Assembly: GCA_038087875.1 (NCBI GenBank)
Contig: CM075989.1
Location: forward strand, 9,982,001-10,046,000
From: Malacoraja senta
Lineage: Eukaryota
Length of the DNA: 64,000 nt
Reading direction: 5' to 3'
The position numbers were made by a program, and so were the translations under genes. Below are positions 52,624-64,000 of this stretch, piece by piece. The stretch's first letter is position 1. The number at the start of each line of letters is the position of its first letter. The notes beneath the pieces were generated by a model. It did not search any database. It saw nothing but the letters and a program-made list of their open reading frames with translations, and was not told the origin of the DNA.

Positions 52624-52934
52624 GTTATCCATTCGAAACTGATTGGCTTGATGGGTCATTTAAGTTAAGAATCACATACCCCAGGATTGGAATCAAACAC
52701 ACAGGGATAGTTAAGGATGGCACCTTAATTTTTAATGAAAAGATTTACACAAGCAGGTGTTTTTAGAACTGTATTTCTATGGTTACAATGACTGCATCCA
52801 GCTTCTGTAATTCCACATTTTCTTAATTGAATTTAATTTCTGCAGTGACATTCAAATTCACAGCCCTGGGTTAATTGTTCCAGAATCTGCAATATTATGC
52901 CAGTATCTGGTTTTCAACTGTGCCCCACCTGACA

Positions 52935-53420
52935 GATAGTCATACAGCATGGAAACAAGCCCTTTGGCCCAACTTGCCCATGTCCATCGACATGCCCCAT
53001 CTACACTAGTCGCACCTGCCTGTGTTGGGCCATAACCCTCTAAACCTATCCTGTCCTTGTACCAGTCCAAATGTTTTTTAAACGTGATAGTACCTACCTC
53101 AACGACCTCCTCTGGCAGCTCGTTCCATATATGTACCACCCTTTGTGTAAAAAGTTGCCCCTCAGGCTCCTATTAAATCTCTCCCCCCTCTTATTCTAGC
53201 CATGTCCTCTGGTTCTTGATTCCTCTGCTCTGGGTAAAAGACTTTACATTTACCCTATCTGTTCCTCTTACGATCTTACACACCATTATAGGATCACCCC
53301 TCATCCTCCTGCACGCCAAGGAATAAACTCCTAGCCTATTCAACCTCTCCCTCTAGCCCAGGCCCTGGAGTCCTGGCAACATCCTTGCAAATCTTTCCAT
53401 GCTTTCCAGCTTAACAACAT
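52935..53420 (-). mobile_element. CR1-type LINE 3' fragment
   Basis: ORF VHIWNELPEEVVEVGTITFKKHLDWY is the CR1 ORF2 C-terminus. Confidence 0.8.
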
Positions 53421-53854
53421 TTAACATTACATGATAAATGTGGGTACAACTATAATTTGCACTTTGATCCACACCAATGAAGTATCAGAGAGGAAACATT
53501 GGTCGAATGTGATGCATTTCTGCTGCCTCCAACTCGAGTGACGAAAAGTCAAATTGCCCCACAACTGTGATCATTCACCGACTTTTGAAATCAAGAGATG
53601 GAAACTTGATAAAGCGCTTTACAAATTGCAGCCTTACATCAGGCATGTTGCGTGAGTACACAGCGGCTCTCGTGTTAAAATCTGATAACCAGCACAGTAA
53701 GCTTCTTTCAAACTCTTTTGGAATGTAACGTCAGTTGCTCTACTCTATTTATATACATTTCACAGGTTGTTTTTTTCCTTTTTCCAGTGAAATGATTTTC
53801 ATCTCCGGCACTGCAAATGGCAGAAAATGTGATTCCCGGAATGTAGTTTGGTAC

Positions 53855-53989
53855 CTGGTGTGTAGTTGCACTGTGGTTCGATGCCCGCTGGGAAGTTTGT
53901 GTTCTCTGGGATGGAATGTGTGTAGTCTTCCAGGGGTGGCAATTCAGCAGGCATATCTGTGTGTCTTGGCACGAGAACAGGAGGTAAAA
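53855..53989 (-). CDS. SMAD3: SMAD3 exon 3 (linker)
   Basis: 135 bp. [45 protein letters not shown]. Confidence 0.95.
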
Positions 53990-54001
53990 CTGTAAAACAA
54001 A

Positions 54002-54002
<1 letters not shown>

Positions 54003-54028
<26 letters not shown>
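54003..54028. repeat. (CA)n microsatellite in the SMAD3 exon 3 acceptor region
   Basis: About 13 CA units; reads (UG)n in the pre-mRNA. Confidence 0.9.
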
Positions 54029-54032
<4 letters not shown>

Positions 54033-54357
54033 AATAGAAAAGACTTGAGATTATTTTCATTTAAGGCCAATGGAACAGCTTTCTATTTAAAGCTTCTTTT
54101 TCCTACCTGAATCTTCCAATACCAACTGGATGCCACTTTGGCAAGCGGGTGGCATTCTCACCCAAGTCACAACATTTTGGTTTTGGGCTCCTTGCTGGAA
54201 TTTCAATAACGTTGACTAAACTAGGGCTGCATTGATAAAAAATATTGCCCACTGGCAGAAGAATTAAACCAGGGCCTTTGACACTCTGTTCACAGGGCTG
54301 ATTAAGATTCCACGTCACTACTTAACAACCAGCAGGGAGCTTGCCTGCCGTCCACAC

Positions 54358-54448
54358 CAACTAAACAAATGAACAGTCACTCATTTCACTGCTGTGGGAC
54401 TCTGCTGTGGACAGCAGTGAAATGAGTGACTGTTCATTTGTTTAGTTG
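54358..54448. repeat. perfect 38-bp inverted repeat with 15-nt loop
   Basis: 54358-54395 is the exact reverse complement of 54411-54448. Confidence 0.95.
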
Positions 54449-55194
54449 CACTGTGTCACAAATTACCGCACTTGAAAATAACGGGAGATTTGGGAGGCAC
54501 AAGTGAACCCCTACCCAAATTCAATATCACTTCTTGAAAGACAAGAAAGCAGGAAGTCAGCATTAAATACAGGCAAACTCCACATCACAGGAGGTTCCAT
54601 CGCTGGAAAACAGTTCGTATTGCAAGTTTCCATAACATGAATCTGCATCATCAGTGCATGCATCAGGAAAATAAATACATTTTGTATTTATATCTTTACT
54701 TGCGTTTTAACAAGCAAGTTGCATGAGAGCGAGTATTATTCCATTATCTTAAAATTTGTGGGTCATGATTTGTGAATTATGCATGGGGGGAATTTCAGTA
54801 ACCCAAACAATCGTAATGCTGGTGAAGGGGGTGGAGGTAGCTACCTACACTCAGCAGGTCAGTCTGCGTCTGTGGAGGGAGAATTGAGTGAATGTTTCAA
54901 CGCTCTGACCCTCAGGAAAAGGTTGCATGTGGAACTTAGTTTCGTTCTCACTTTTCCCAGTTCTGATGAAGGGCCATTGACCTGAAAAACCAGTCACTTC
55001 TCTCCCCCATAGATGCTGCCTGCCCCGCAGAGCATTTAGTTTTTAAACATGTTTCGCACTGCTATAATGATTGTTCTAGTGAACCCGTTGCGTTTAAAGG
55101 GAGCAGGAGATACAACTCCAGACGCGCACTTCCCTGTGTTCCGATCCCTAGCCCTGTCCCCAGCAGTGCACTGGATCCACACTCCAGGCGAGTC

Positions 55195-55697
55195 CCCGAT
55201 ATTGTGTTCAATTTTGGTCACCCTGCTTTAGGAAGGATGTCATAAAGTTGGAAAGAGTGCAGAGATTTACGAGCATGTTGCCAAGACTTGATGGTCTGAG
55301 CTACAGGGAGAGCTAGGACTTTATTCCTTGGACCGTGGGAGGCTGAGGATTGATCTTATAGAGATGTACAAGATCATGAGGGGAACAGAGGGTGAATGCA
55401 CAAAGTATTTTTACCCAGAGTAGAGGTATCAAAAACCCGAGGACATAGGCTGAAGATGAGGAGGTAAAGATTTCATTGGAAGGGGCAATTCTTTCATGCA
55501 GAGGGGGTTGGGTATATGGAACGAGCTGCCAGAGAGGGGAGTTGAGGCAAGAACTATATTTGGACAAGGACATGGATAGGGCAGGTTCAGAGCATAGGAG
55601 CCAAATGCAGACATGTGGGACTAGTGTAGATGGGACATCTCGGTCAGCAGGGGCAAGTGGGGCTGAAGGGTCCGTTTCGCTTTGACTCAATGACTCT
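55195..55697 (+). mobile_element. CR1-type LINE 3' fragment
   Basis: CVQFWSP..RKDV...ERVQ remnants and 3' tail. Inverted relative to 52935-53420. Confidence 0.8.
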
Positions 55698-56066
55698 AGG
55701 GTTTCCATGGTTCCTGCCAACACTCGGCAGGTTTGAAGAGATGACCTCCTTGGTGAGGTTAGGACACAGACTCGGGTAGTGACGGGCCTCCATTGTTGGC
55801 CCAGATAGGAGTGGAGATCTGTCTCCTATCAAAGCTTTGATGCATTAAGAGTTTTGTTTTGAAAATATCTTTGCCTCTCAAAGGTATTTAACATTTGCAG
55901 GTGAAAATGATATGTTGGAAGTCAATTAAAATTAGAACCCCTATTTAGAATAAATGAAAAAACGGACTTAAATAATATCAATGGGACGGAAGATCTGGAC
56001 TTGAAGGGAATGTGGCCACGTGACTTCCCATCCCACCCATCTTGTGCATATCTGCATGCTGCTCTA

Positions 56067-56312
<246 letters not shown>

Positions 56313-56591
56313 TCAACGGTAAACTCGCAACCGATATGTGATGAACATTTCAATTACACCGGTGAGGTAGCACCAAGAATTCATTTTGTTGCAAAGAAAC
56401 ATCAATAAGAAACCGTGGAATGCTCCCAGAAGATTTCCAATGCACATTTTACCTGGGAAACTTGATTTCATTGAAATGAGGGGACATTAAACTTTGGGGA
56501 AAGGAACTTATTTTCACTTAAGGCAGTGTCTGCATCCAGTTAAGCACATCGGTGTAGGGTCAGTAAACCTCCCCCCGAGCAATGTAACAGA

Positions 56592-56883
56592 GCTGGCGTA
56601 GTGGTAGAGATGCTGCCTTACAGCGCCAAAGACCCAAATTCCATCCTGACTACGGGTGCTGTCTGTATGGAGTTTGTGCGTTCTTCCTGTGACCGCATGA
56701 GTTTTCTCCAGGTGCTCCAGTTTCCTCCCACACTCCAAAGACGTACAGGTTTGTAGATTAATTGCCTTTGGTAACATTATACCTAGTGTGTAGGATAGTG
56801 CTCGTGTACAGCATGGTCGCGGGTCAGTGCGGACTGGGTGGGCCGAAGGGCCTGTTTCCACAGTGTATCTCTAAAGTCTAAAG
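56592..56883 (+). mobile_element. V-SINE (HE1-like)
   Basis: Head, V-domain and TCTAAAG tail. Confidence 0.85.
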
Positions 56884-57199
56884 CACAAGGTTGCCTTTGA
56901 TTGTCCTAATGATTTATGCAATGCTTTCTCAGTGGCTGCAACATTGCTGGTGACAGATGATCGGCTTGGAGGAAGCTCTCAGTCGCAGAAAACAGCTTTG
57001 ACTGTACAAGTGGCAGCCATCTTGGCTGGGTGGGTTCCAGGACACATGAACATAGAGTTGGGTAACAAATGCCCACCAAAGATTAAAACCATGGCTTAAT
57101 TGGGGGGAAATCCTAAGTGAATGAGGTGGGTGCAAGGCCACATTGGGATTTCCACGCAAGCTTCAAAATTTTGATAACAGCACAAGTCGAACGAAAGAC

Positions 57200-57375
57200 A
57201 CAAGGAACTGCAGATGCTGAACCTTGAATAAAGCACAAAGTGCTGGATCAACTCAGCGGGTCAGGCAGCATTTGTGGAGGAAATGAACAGGTGACATTTC
57301 GGGTTGGGACACTTCTTCAAACGTCACCTCCAGACACCCCAGAGATGTTGCTTGACCAGCTGAGATACTCCAACC
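57200..57375. mobile_element. PLE-derived fold-back element
   Basis: GGAACTGCAGATGCTG...TTTCGGGTTGGGACACTTCTTCA, then a short inverted arm. Confidence 0.65.
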
Positions 57376-58120
57376 CCCTTTTTTTTTTAAACGCAAGTTG
57401 ATAAGAGAGTTAGGATGTGGGCATGACTTTGCAAGGTCATGTTGTTTGTTGGGTTTGCAGGTGGAGATAATTTCTGTAGACATCACTCCTGCCCTGGAGA
57501 CAATTGAGGATTTCCCAATCAACGGGCAGGTTCATACATGCCCCGTCTGCAGAGCCGTGGATATCAGAAGTCCCCGTGAAATAAATGCCGGACACATCTT
57601 TGGGCGAGGTAGTTAAGCATTATTGGAAATGCTCTGAAGAAAATTGATCAGGGAGAGGAAGAAATAGCGGTCCCAACGAGAGAGAGGGGAATGACATTCA
57701 AGTGAGGAGCGCTGAAGCTTAGAAGAAATATTATTCCTGCTGTAACCGCACAATATTTAATCAGATTGCCAAATCCAGGAACGCAGCCAAGGTTCAATTG
57801 GAATGTTTACGTGGGCTACATGCAAGTTACTGTGTCACAACAAGTTTCATTCACATATGAGACAACCAGTGTTTTGCTCCTTGGTAACAGGGCTACAAAC
57901 AAATACATATGCTGAGCACATCTCAAGGGCTCAGACCAGTTACACTGCATTCAGACCCAGTCGGTCAGACGATCGATCCCTGGTCTGTCCAGAGTAAGGT
58001 AATCTTGAACTGATGCTTGGCTGGACCTCACTACAGTGCACTTTCAGCTCTGAATCAGTAGGCTGTGTTCAATTCCCTCTCTGCCCGTCTCCCAATGCTG
58101 CTCCAGCAAAGATTCCACCT

Positions 58121-58439
58121 TTTAGTTTTAGTTCAGAGCAACAGTATGGAAACAGGCCCTTTGATTCACCGAGTCCATGGCAAACTTTGATCACCTGTTC
58201 ACACTAGTTCTATGTTAACCCACTTTCACATCCGCTCCCTACACACAATTTTCAGAGGCCAATTAACCCTACGTATCCATAAGTCTTTGGGACGTGGGAG
58301 ATAGTGGAGTACCCGGAGGGAACCCACGTAGTCACAGGAAGAACATATAAACTCCACACAGACAGCACCCGAGGTCAGGATTGAACCCGGGTCTCTGGCA
58401 CTGTGCGGCAGCAACACTACTGCTGCGCTGCTGTGTGCC
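58121..58439 (-). mobile_element. V-SINE (HE1-like)
   Basis: Reverse complement of the family, with a (TTTAG)n tail. Confidence 0.85.
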
Positions 58440-59966
58440 ATCTGTCCTGTACCCTCATGGTTGATATTATACTTCAATCAATACTTGCCCACCTGATTCC
58501 CAATCTATTGGTTTCTCTAGAGTCACAACATCTATCTATCTCAACATTGAATGTACTCAGTGACAGAACATCCACAGCTTAGGTGGACGATTCCAGGAGT
58601 GTAAATGTTGCCGCTGTGCAAGGCTCTACCAGCTGTGCCCCTTTTGGAGGAAAAGCTCAGCTGAGGACCCCTTTATTCTCCCAAGATGGGACAACAATCC
58701 CATGGCAACATTCCAACAATGAGCAGAGTTCTCCTCATAATCCTGGCCAATATTTAATCGCTCAACCAAAACAATACAGAATGAATGATCACGTTGCTTT
58801 TTAAAGGGAGCTTGCGATATCACAAAAGGGTTGGAATGTTTCCCACATCACAGAACTGATGACTCTTCGAAAGGCAAGTTCAGAAAGATATCATGACAAG
58901 AATGTACAAATGACACAGAAACATATCTCCCCCGGGCGAGCCATAGTCACTGCTCTCTCCCTTATGCAGGTTGCCCACTGGGTGCTCTCCAAGTTCTGTG
59001 GTTCTACAAACCGTGAGAAACTGAGCCATCTCATTGCACCAAGGGATGGCAGAAAGCAGCCTTCATTCTCAAAGAACTTGAGAGAGAAAGGAGTCACTGT
59101 TTTGATACACCACCAGGCATGCTAATACAGGTCATGATGACAGTCAAAAAGTTTATCAACATTGCTGTGTAATTAAAAGGTTCAGTCATGCCCTTGGATA
59201 TTCCCAAAGTCTAGAAGATGTGGGCCAGAGTTCAAAACTTTTTATCAGTTATAATCAACCTTTTTTTTTAAAGTAAAAGTGAAACCAATAGCTTCTTTAT
59301 TCTAGCATCAAATCTAGGCCTCATCTTTATGATTTTGTTGCAAATCGTTCCCTTGCAATCCAGCGATCATCCTACCTTATATCAGCCACTCTTAACCATG
59401 TGTACGAATGTTGTACCAAGGTCGTGAGCAGAGCAACCTTCACCTAATAACCTTGGCAAATAATTTGTAGATGCCCAGAATCTCAGGCTTGCTCAATATC
59501 CACTCAACCCAGAACTGTAAGGCCACAGCCACAAATAATTTGACTATTACATGTTAAAGTGATGCATTAATTTATGGAGAGCTGGGCTGTCCCAAAACAT
59601 CCTGCGCCCAAGGGTTTAAGATCTGAAGCTGACCCATCTTCTGTCAGGCCCCATTGAATACCTTGGGTCTGCAGAAAACTTGCACCCCTCCTTTGTCCCA
59701 GTGTTGAAGAATCTGGCTCCTAAGCAGCCATTCAGTCTTCTTCCAGACAAATATCCCCACCCGTGAGTCCCTCACCCACTCCAAATAACTGGGACTAGGA
59801 GTAGTCAGGATGCTGCAGGATGCACAAAAGAGAAAGGACATCGGATGTGAAAGGAATGAGGAATGAGGAATGATTTAAAAACTGAAAGAATGCAAGGACA
59901 GCAAACCAATGAGCAGACAAAAATGATTGGTGGCAGGGGATGAAAAGAGTGTGTAGGTGAAAAAAG

Positions 59967-60250
59967 GAGAGAGAGAACGGGAGAGAGGGAGAGAGGGAGA
60001 ACGAGAGAGGGAGAATGAGCGAGAGAGAACGAGAGAGAGAACGAGGGAGAGAGAGAACGAGAGCAAGAGAGAACGAGAGCAAGAGAACGAGAGCAAGAGA
60101 ACGAGAGCAAGAGAACGAGAGCAAGAGAACGAGAGCAAGAGAACGAGAGCAAGAGAACGAGAGCAAGAGAGAACGAGAGCAAGAGAACGAGAGCAAGAGA
60201 TAAAACGAGAAAAAAAGAGAAAGAGAGAAAATTAGAAATGAGAGAAAAGA
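59967..60250. repeat. purine-rich minisatellite, core unit GAGAACGAGAGCAA (14 bp)
   Basis: About 9-10 tandem units at 60059-60200, with degenerate GA-rich flanks. Confidence 0.9.
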
Positions 60251-61245
60251 GAAATATTTGTGCTACTTTGTACTTTACTGGAGCCAACACTGCAGTTTAC
60301 ATGCAGGTTTACAAGGCTGAATGGTGACATGGGACCTTACAAACTGCTGCAGAATTTGACCTTGTAAAGAGTCCCATTGCTTTTATTCTCCATGTTACCA
60401 GCATGTTTGTCTGTTGCAGGAGTCTGTGTGAATCCAATACCTACACGTGGCTCGTGCCAACCATTCAGACCTTGCGTCACCGCCCATCCGCTTTTGGGTC
60501 GGCCTGGTTTGTGGACCGGGCAGTCCACAGCTTTCACAAACATAATCTGCAGTGCCAATGGCTGATCTTTAAATAAAAGCCTACTGTTTCGTCTGGTTGA
60601 CTGGTAGAAATGCTGGGGATAGTTCTTCTGAACCTGTCTTGTGAAAATGTACCCCAATCCCAATCTCTGTGAGCCACTTGAATCCTGGCAGCTGACCCGG
60701 GACTTGGCTGAGAAGTAACAATCCATTCCATGGAACTAGAATTGCCCCAATGAGCCTCATGGGAGAGTACCACCGCCTCTTTCATCTTCTCTTGACAGCC
60801 AGACAAAAACTTGCTGAACCTTCCACCAGGTGGTTCAGCTTAAATCACACACATGCCCTTGGCTAACAGCTGAAACCTGCCCAAAGTAGATGTTGGTGAA
60901 TCATGTGCACAGGAACATGTTTAGCAGGGGTATGGGTTAAAATAGTACCTCTTCCTGTAAACAAACGGAGGTCTGTTAATGGTCGGTGCAAAGATAGTTC
61001 CTCATTTTAACGTTGCCCTGAAGATGACACTGAATAGAGTGCCACACGCAGACACAACGCACATGCACACTTATAGAAACAGAGTGCGAACTGACCCAAT
61101 TGTTTGTATTTACATTTTAAAGATGCAGCATGGAAACAGGCCCTTCAACGCACCAAGTCCACCATGACCATCGATCACCAGTGCACACTAGGGCTATGTT
61201 ATCTTACTTTCTATCCACTCCCTACACACCAAGGGCAATATTACA

Positions 61246-61873
61246 AGAGTCAAGTCAAGAGAGTCAAGAGAGAATATTGTCATGTGTCCCAGAGAGCACA
61301 ATGAAATTCTTGCATTTGCTGCAGCACAACAGGATATTGTAGTCATAAATACAGATCAGATCAGTGTGTCCATATACCATTGAATATATATATACACACA
61401 TCAGTAAACAGATAAAGTGCAATAGGGTGTTATAGTACATAGTTTGTTTGAAGTTGTGTTTAATAATCTGATGGCTGTGGGGAAGAAGCTGTTCCTAAAT
61501 CTGGATGTTGCAGATTTCAGGCTCCTGTACCTTCTACCCGATGGCAGCGGAGAGATGAGTGTGTGGCCAGGATGGTGTGGTTCCTTGATGATGCTGCCAG
61601 CCTTTTTGAGGCAGCGACTGCGATAGATCCCTTCGATGGTAGGGAGGTCAGAACCGATGATGGACTGGGCAGTGGTTACAACTTTTTGCAGCCTTTTCTG
61701 TTCCCGGACGCTCAGGTTGCTGAACCAAGCCACAATGCAACCGGTCAGCATGCTCTCTACTGTGCACCTGTAGAGGTTCGAGAGGGTCCTCCTTGACATA
61801 CCGACTCTCCATAATCTTTTTAGGAAGGAGAGGCGCTGATGTGCTTTCTTTATGATTGCATCAGTGTTCTGGG
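61246..61873 (-). mobile_element. 5'-truncated Rex1/Babar LINE nested in a V-SINE
   Basis: ORF KKAHQRL.FL..L...YRCTVESMLTGCI..W...HPGH..LPSGRRYRS...RFRNSFFPTAIRLLN. Short tandem tail. 7-bp TSD TATTACA at 61239-45 and 61874-80. Confidence 0.88.
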
Positions 61874-62070
61874 TATTACAGAAGATAATCAACCCATAAA
61901 CCCGCACGATATTTTGGATGTGGGAGGAAACCAGAGCACCCAGAGGAAACCCATGCGGTCACAGGGAGAATGTACAAACACCGAACAGTCAGCACCCGGG
62001 GTCAGGATCAAACCCGGGTCCCTGGCACTGTGCGGCAGCAACTTTACCTGCGGCGCCTCTGTGCGACCCA
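61874..62070 (-). mobile_element. V-SINE 5' half (3' half at about 61113-61245)
   Basis: Head and V-domain here; the tail lies on the other side of the Rex1 insertion. Confidence 0.8.
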
Positions 62071-63098
62071 TTGTCAAGGAGGCTGCTTCGAGGAGTTTTA
62101 CAGCGGATGTGCTTAGCTAGAATTCTCATAAACAGCTTCAAAAGAGGAAAAAAAGAAATTGGTAGCTGAAACGTTGCTGTTTGCTACTGGTCAAAACACA
62201 CAAATAAAATTAACGACCACACATGCAACACGATGCAAGCTCATTAAAACGGAGGCTCCACGGATCTCCAGCATTTATTCAATGTTATTGCAGACAAAAA
62301 CAGCTGCAAAGATTGACAACATGCACTTTTTAAGTCCCCCAAATAATTTGACACGGTGGATAATATAGCAAGCACTCTGAAATCAGAGACACATTAACAA
62401 CTATGGAAAATCTTTGATCCAACTGCTAACTTTTAAAAGACCGTGCACTTTTATAATCTTTTTCATGAACTTAGGCCAAACTTACGGCTTTATAGCCTTG
62501 AAAGTACTGGGGGAGCATCATCGCAGTGCTTCCTCAGTATTGTCACTGGGATACCAACCTGGATTAGATAACTTCGGGTCTCCAAAGCAGGACTGGAAGG
62601 GCTGACAGTACTCGCCACAAAGCTTAAAACACTGCACCACATTGTTCACTACTGAGCTGCTGCTCATGGAATTCTCATTAAAATTGGGATCGCCAAGGAG
62701 AAAAGTGAAACAGGTCTATATTATGGAATAGAGGGCCACCTTACCCTTTATGCACAGGAATAGATCAAGCATTTAGCGACTTGCCTGCTGAACTCCCATG
62801 CCCAGTATAGAGCCATTTCTCAACCACTACAGCTGATGGGTAAATTAGTCTCCATTATACTTTACAAAGGTGGAGAGAGAGGGGAAAAAAAAGTTGTTTC
62901 TGCGATCCTAAAAGATCCATAATCTACAATGAGATGGCATGCATAAACTTCCTGCCACAGCAAACAATGTTTATTAATTATCGAAGGATAATTATTGTAA
63001 AGTTCACTTTCATCAAATATAGACTCCATCGCCACAAAAATTGCAATTATTAAGAGAAAACTTGGAAAAATAAATGCAAAATCCAAAATGATGATTAA

Positions 63099-63324
63099 AG
63101 GGCCCTGTCCCACTTTCACGCCCTAATTCACGACCTCTGCCGAGTTTGCCCTTGACATACTCGCAGCATGGTCGTCACGAGGTCGTAGGTAGGTCGTGGA
63201 GGTCGTGATGCTAGTCGTAGGTACGCGTGGCATCAAGTAGGTCGGGGCGTTTTTTCAACATGATGAAAAATGTCCACGAGTAAAAAAAGGTCGTGAATTA
63301 GGTCGTGAAAGTGGGACAGGCCCT
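63099..63324. mobile_element. Harbinger/PIF-like MITE (226 bp)
   Basis: About 37-bp TIR AGGGCC(C)TGTCCCACTTTCACG.CCTAATTCACGACCT, TAA TSD, internal GGTCGT repeats. Confidence 0.82.
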
Positions 63325-63357
63325 TAAGCGTAGTTGTGGTACACACAACATACAGGT

Positions 63358-63657
63358 ATTTAAACTTTAGACATACAGCGCTGAAACAGACCCTTTGGCC
63401 CAACGAGTCTGCGTCAACCAGCAATCATCCCATATACAGTGTGTACTACCCTGTACACTAGGGACAATTTACAGATGCCAATTAACCTACAAACCTGTAC
63501 TTATTTGGAGTGTGGGGGGAAACCGGAGTACCCAGAGAAAACCCATGTGGTCACAGAGAGAACGTACAAACTACATACAGACTGCACCCCGTCAGGATCG
63601 AACCTGGGTCTCTGGGACTGTAAGGCAGCAACTCTACCGCTGCGCCACTGTGCCGCC
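63358..63657 (-). mobile_element. V-SINE (HE1-like)
   Basis: Reverse complement of the family. Confidence 0.85.
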
Positions 63658-64000
63658 CAAATGTCAAAAGGGAAAGTTAGATAAAGGGGGGCAGATGGAA
63701 CAGCTTGGTAAATTATAGCTTTTCAAGTTCTCATCCAGACACTTTTCTACTTGGAATGAATGTTTTCTCACCAGCCTTTCACTGCACGTTTCAAGCACTC
63801 TTTTCCCCTCATGTCTCCTTTAACCCTTCTATGATTAACTTAAATCACACTGGTCCACGAGCAATGGCATGAGCCAGATGGCTCAAAGGCTGCTGTCGTG
63901 TTTTATTTCAGAAACATGCAAGACTAGATACATCAGTCAAGGAGCACAATGCACTGCAGGACAACCTTCTCCACTATTTTAATGCAGGGTGTTGACATAA

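Noticed and set aside
59795-60290. Several 60-160 aa ORFs (SRSLALVLLLSF / ERERE repeats)
   Set aside because: They are translations of the stop-free minisatellite, with no splice context or homology.
60534-60806. 90-aa minus-strand ORF as a possible alternative SMAD3 first exon or SMAD2-type exon-3 insert
   Set aside because: No convincing similarity. The best donor (ACA|GTAGGC) is phase 0 while exon 2 needs phase 2, and the only phase-2 donor seen is weak. RNA-seq would be needed.

Overview
Vertebrate genomic DNA, most likely from a cartilaginous fish such as a skate or ray (inferred from the repeat complement, not proven). It holds two convergent multi-exon genes in the same arrangement as human 15q22: AAGAB on + (exons 2-10, 14462-26913) and SMAD3 on - (exons 2-9, 56274-34800). 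Exon 1 of each gene was not found. All other sequence is intron or intergenic and rich in transposons: Penelope-like element (PLE) fragments, V-SINE/HE1-like SINEs, DeuSINE-like relics, CR1/L2 and Rex1 LINE fragments, one Tc1 IR/DR transposon, and hAT, Harbinger-like and Tigger-like MITEs. Main observations: (1) a family of 95-190 bp PLE-derived insertions with clear target-site duplications, many fold-back palindromes whose junction lies at a minimal hammerhead-ribozyme motif; (2) AAGAB exons 6 and 7 each appear frameshifted, while skipping both keeps the frame; (3) this SMAD3 has many SMAD2-type residues (SSMS tail) and lacks the Ser204-Pro site; (4) two long, near-perfect hairpins in SMAD3 introns. 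Protein comparisons are from memory of the human sequences; no database searches were run.
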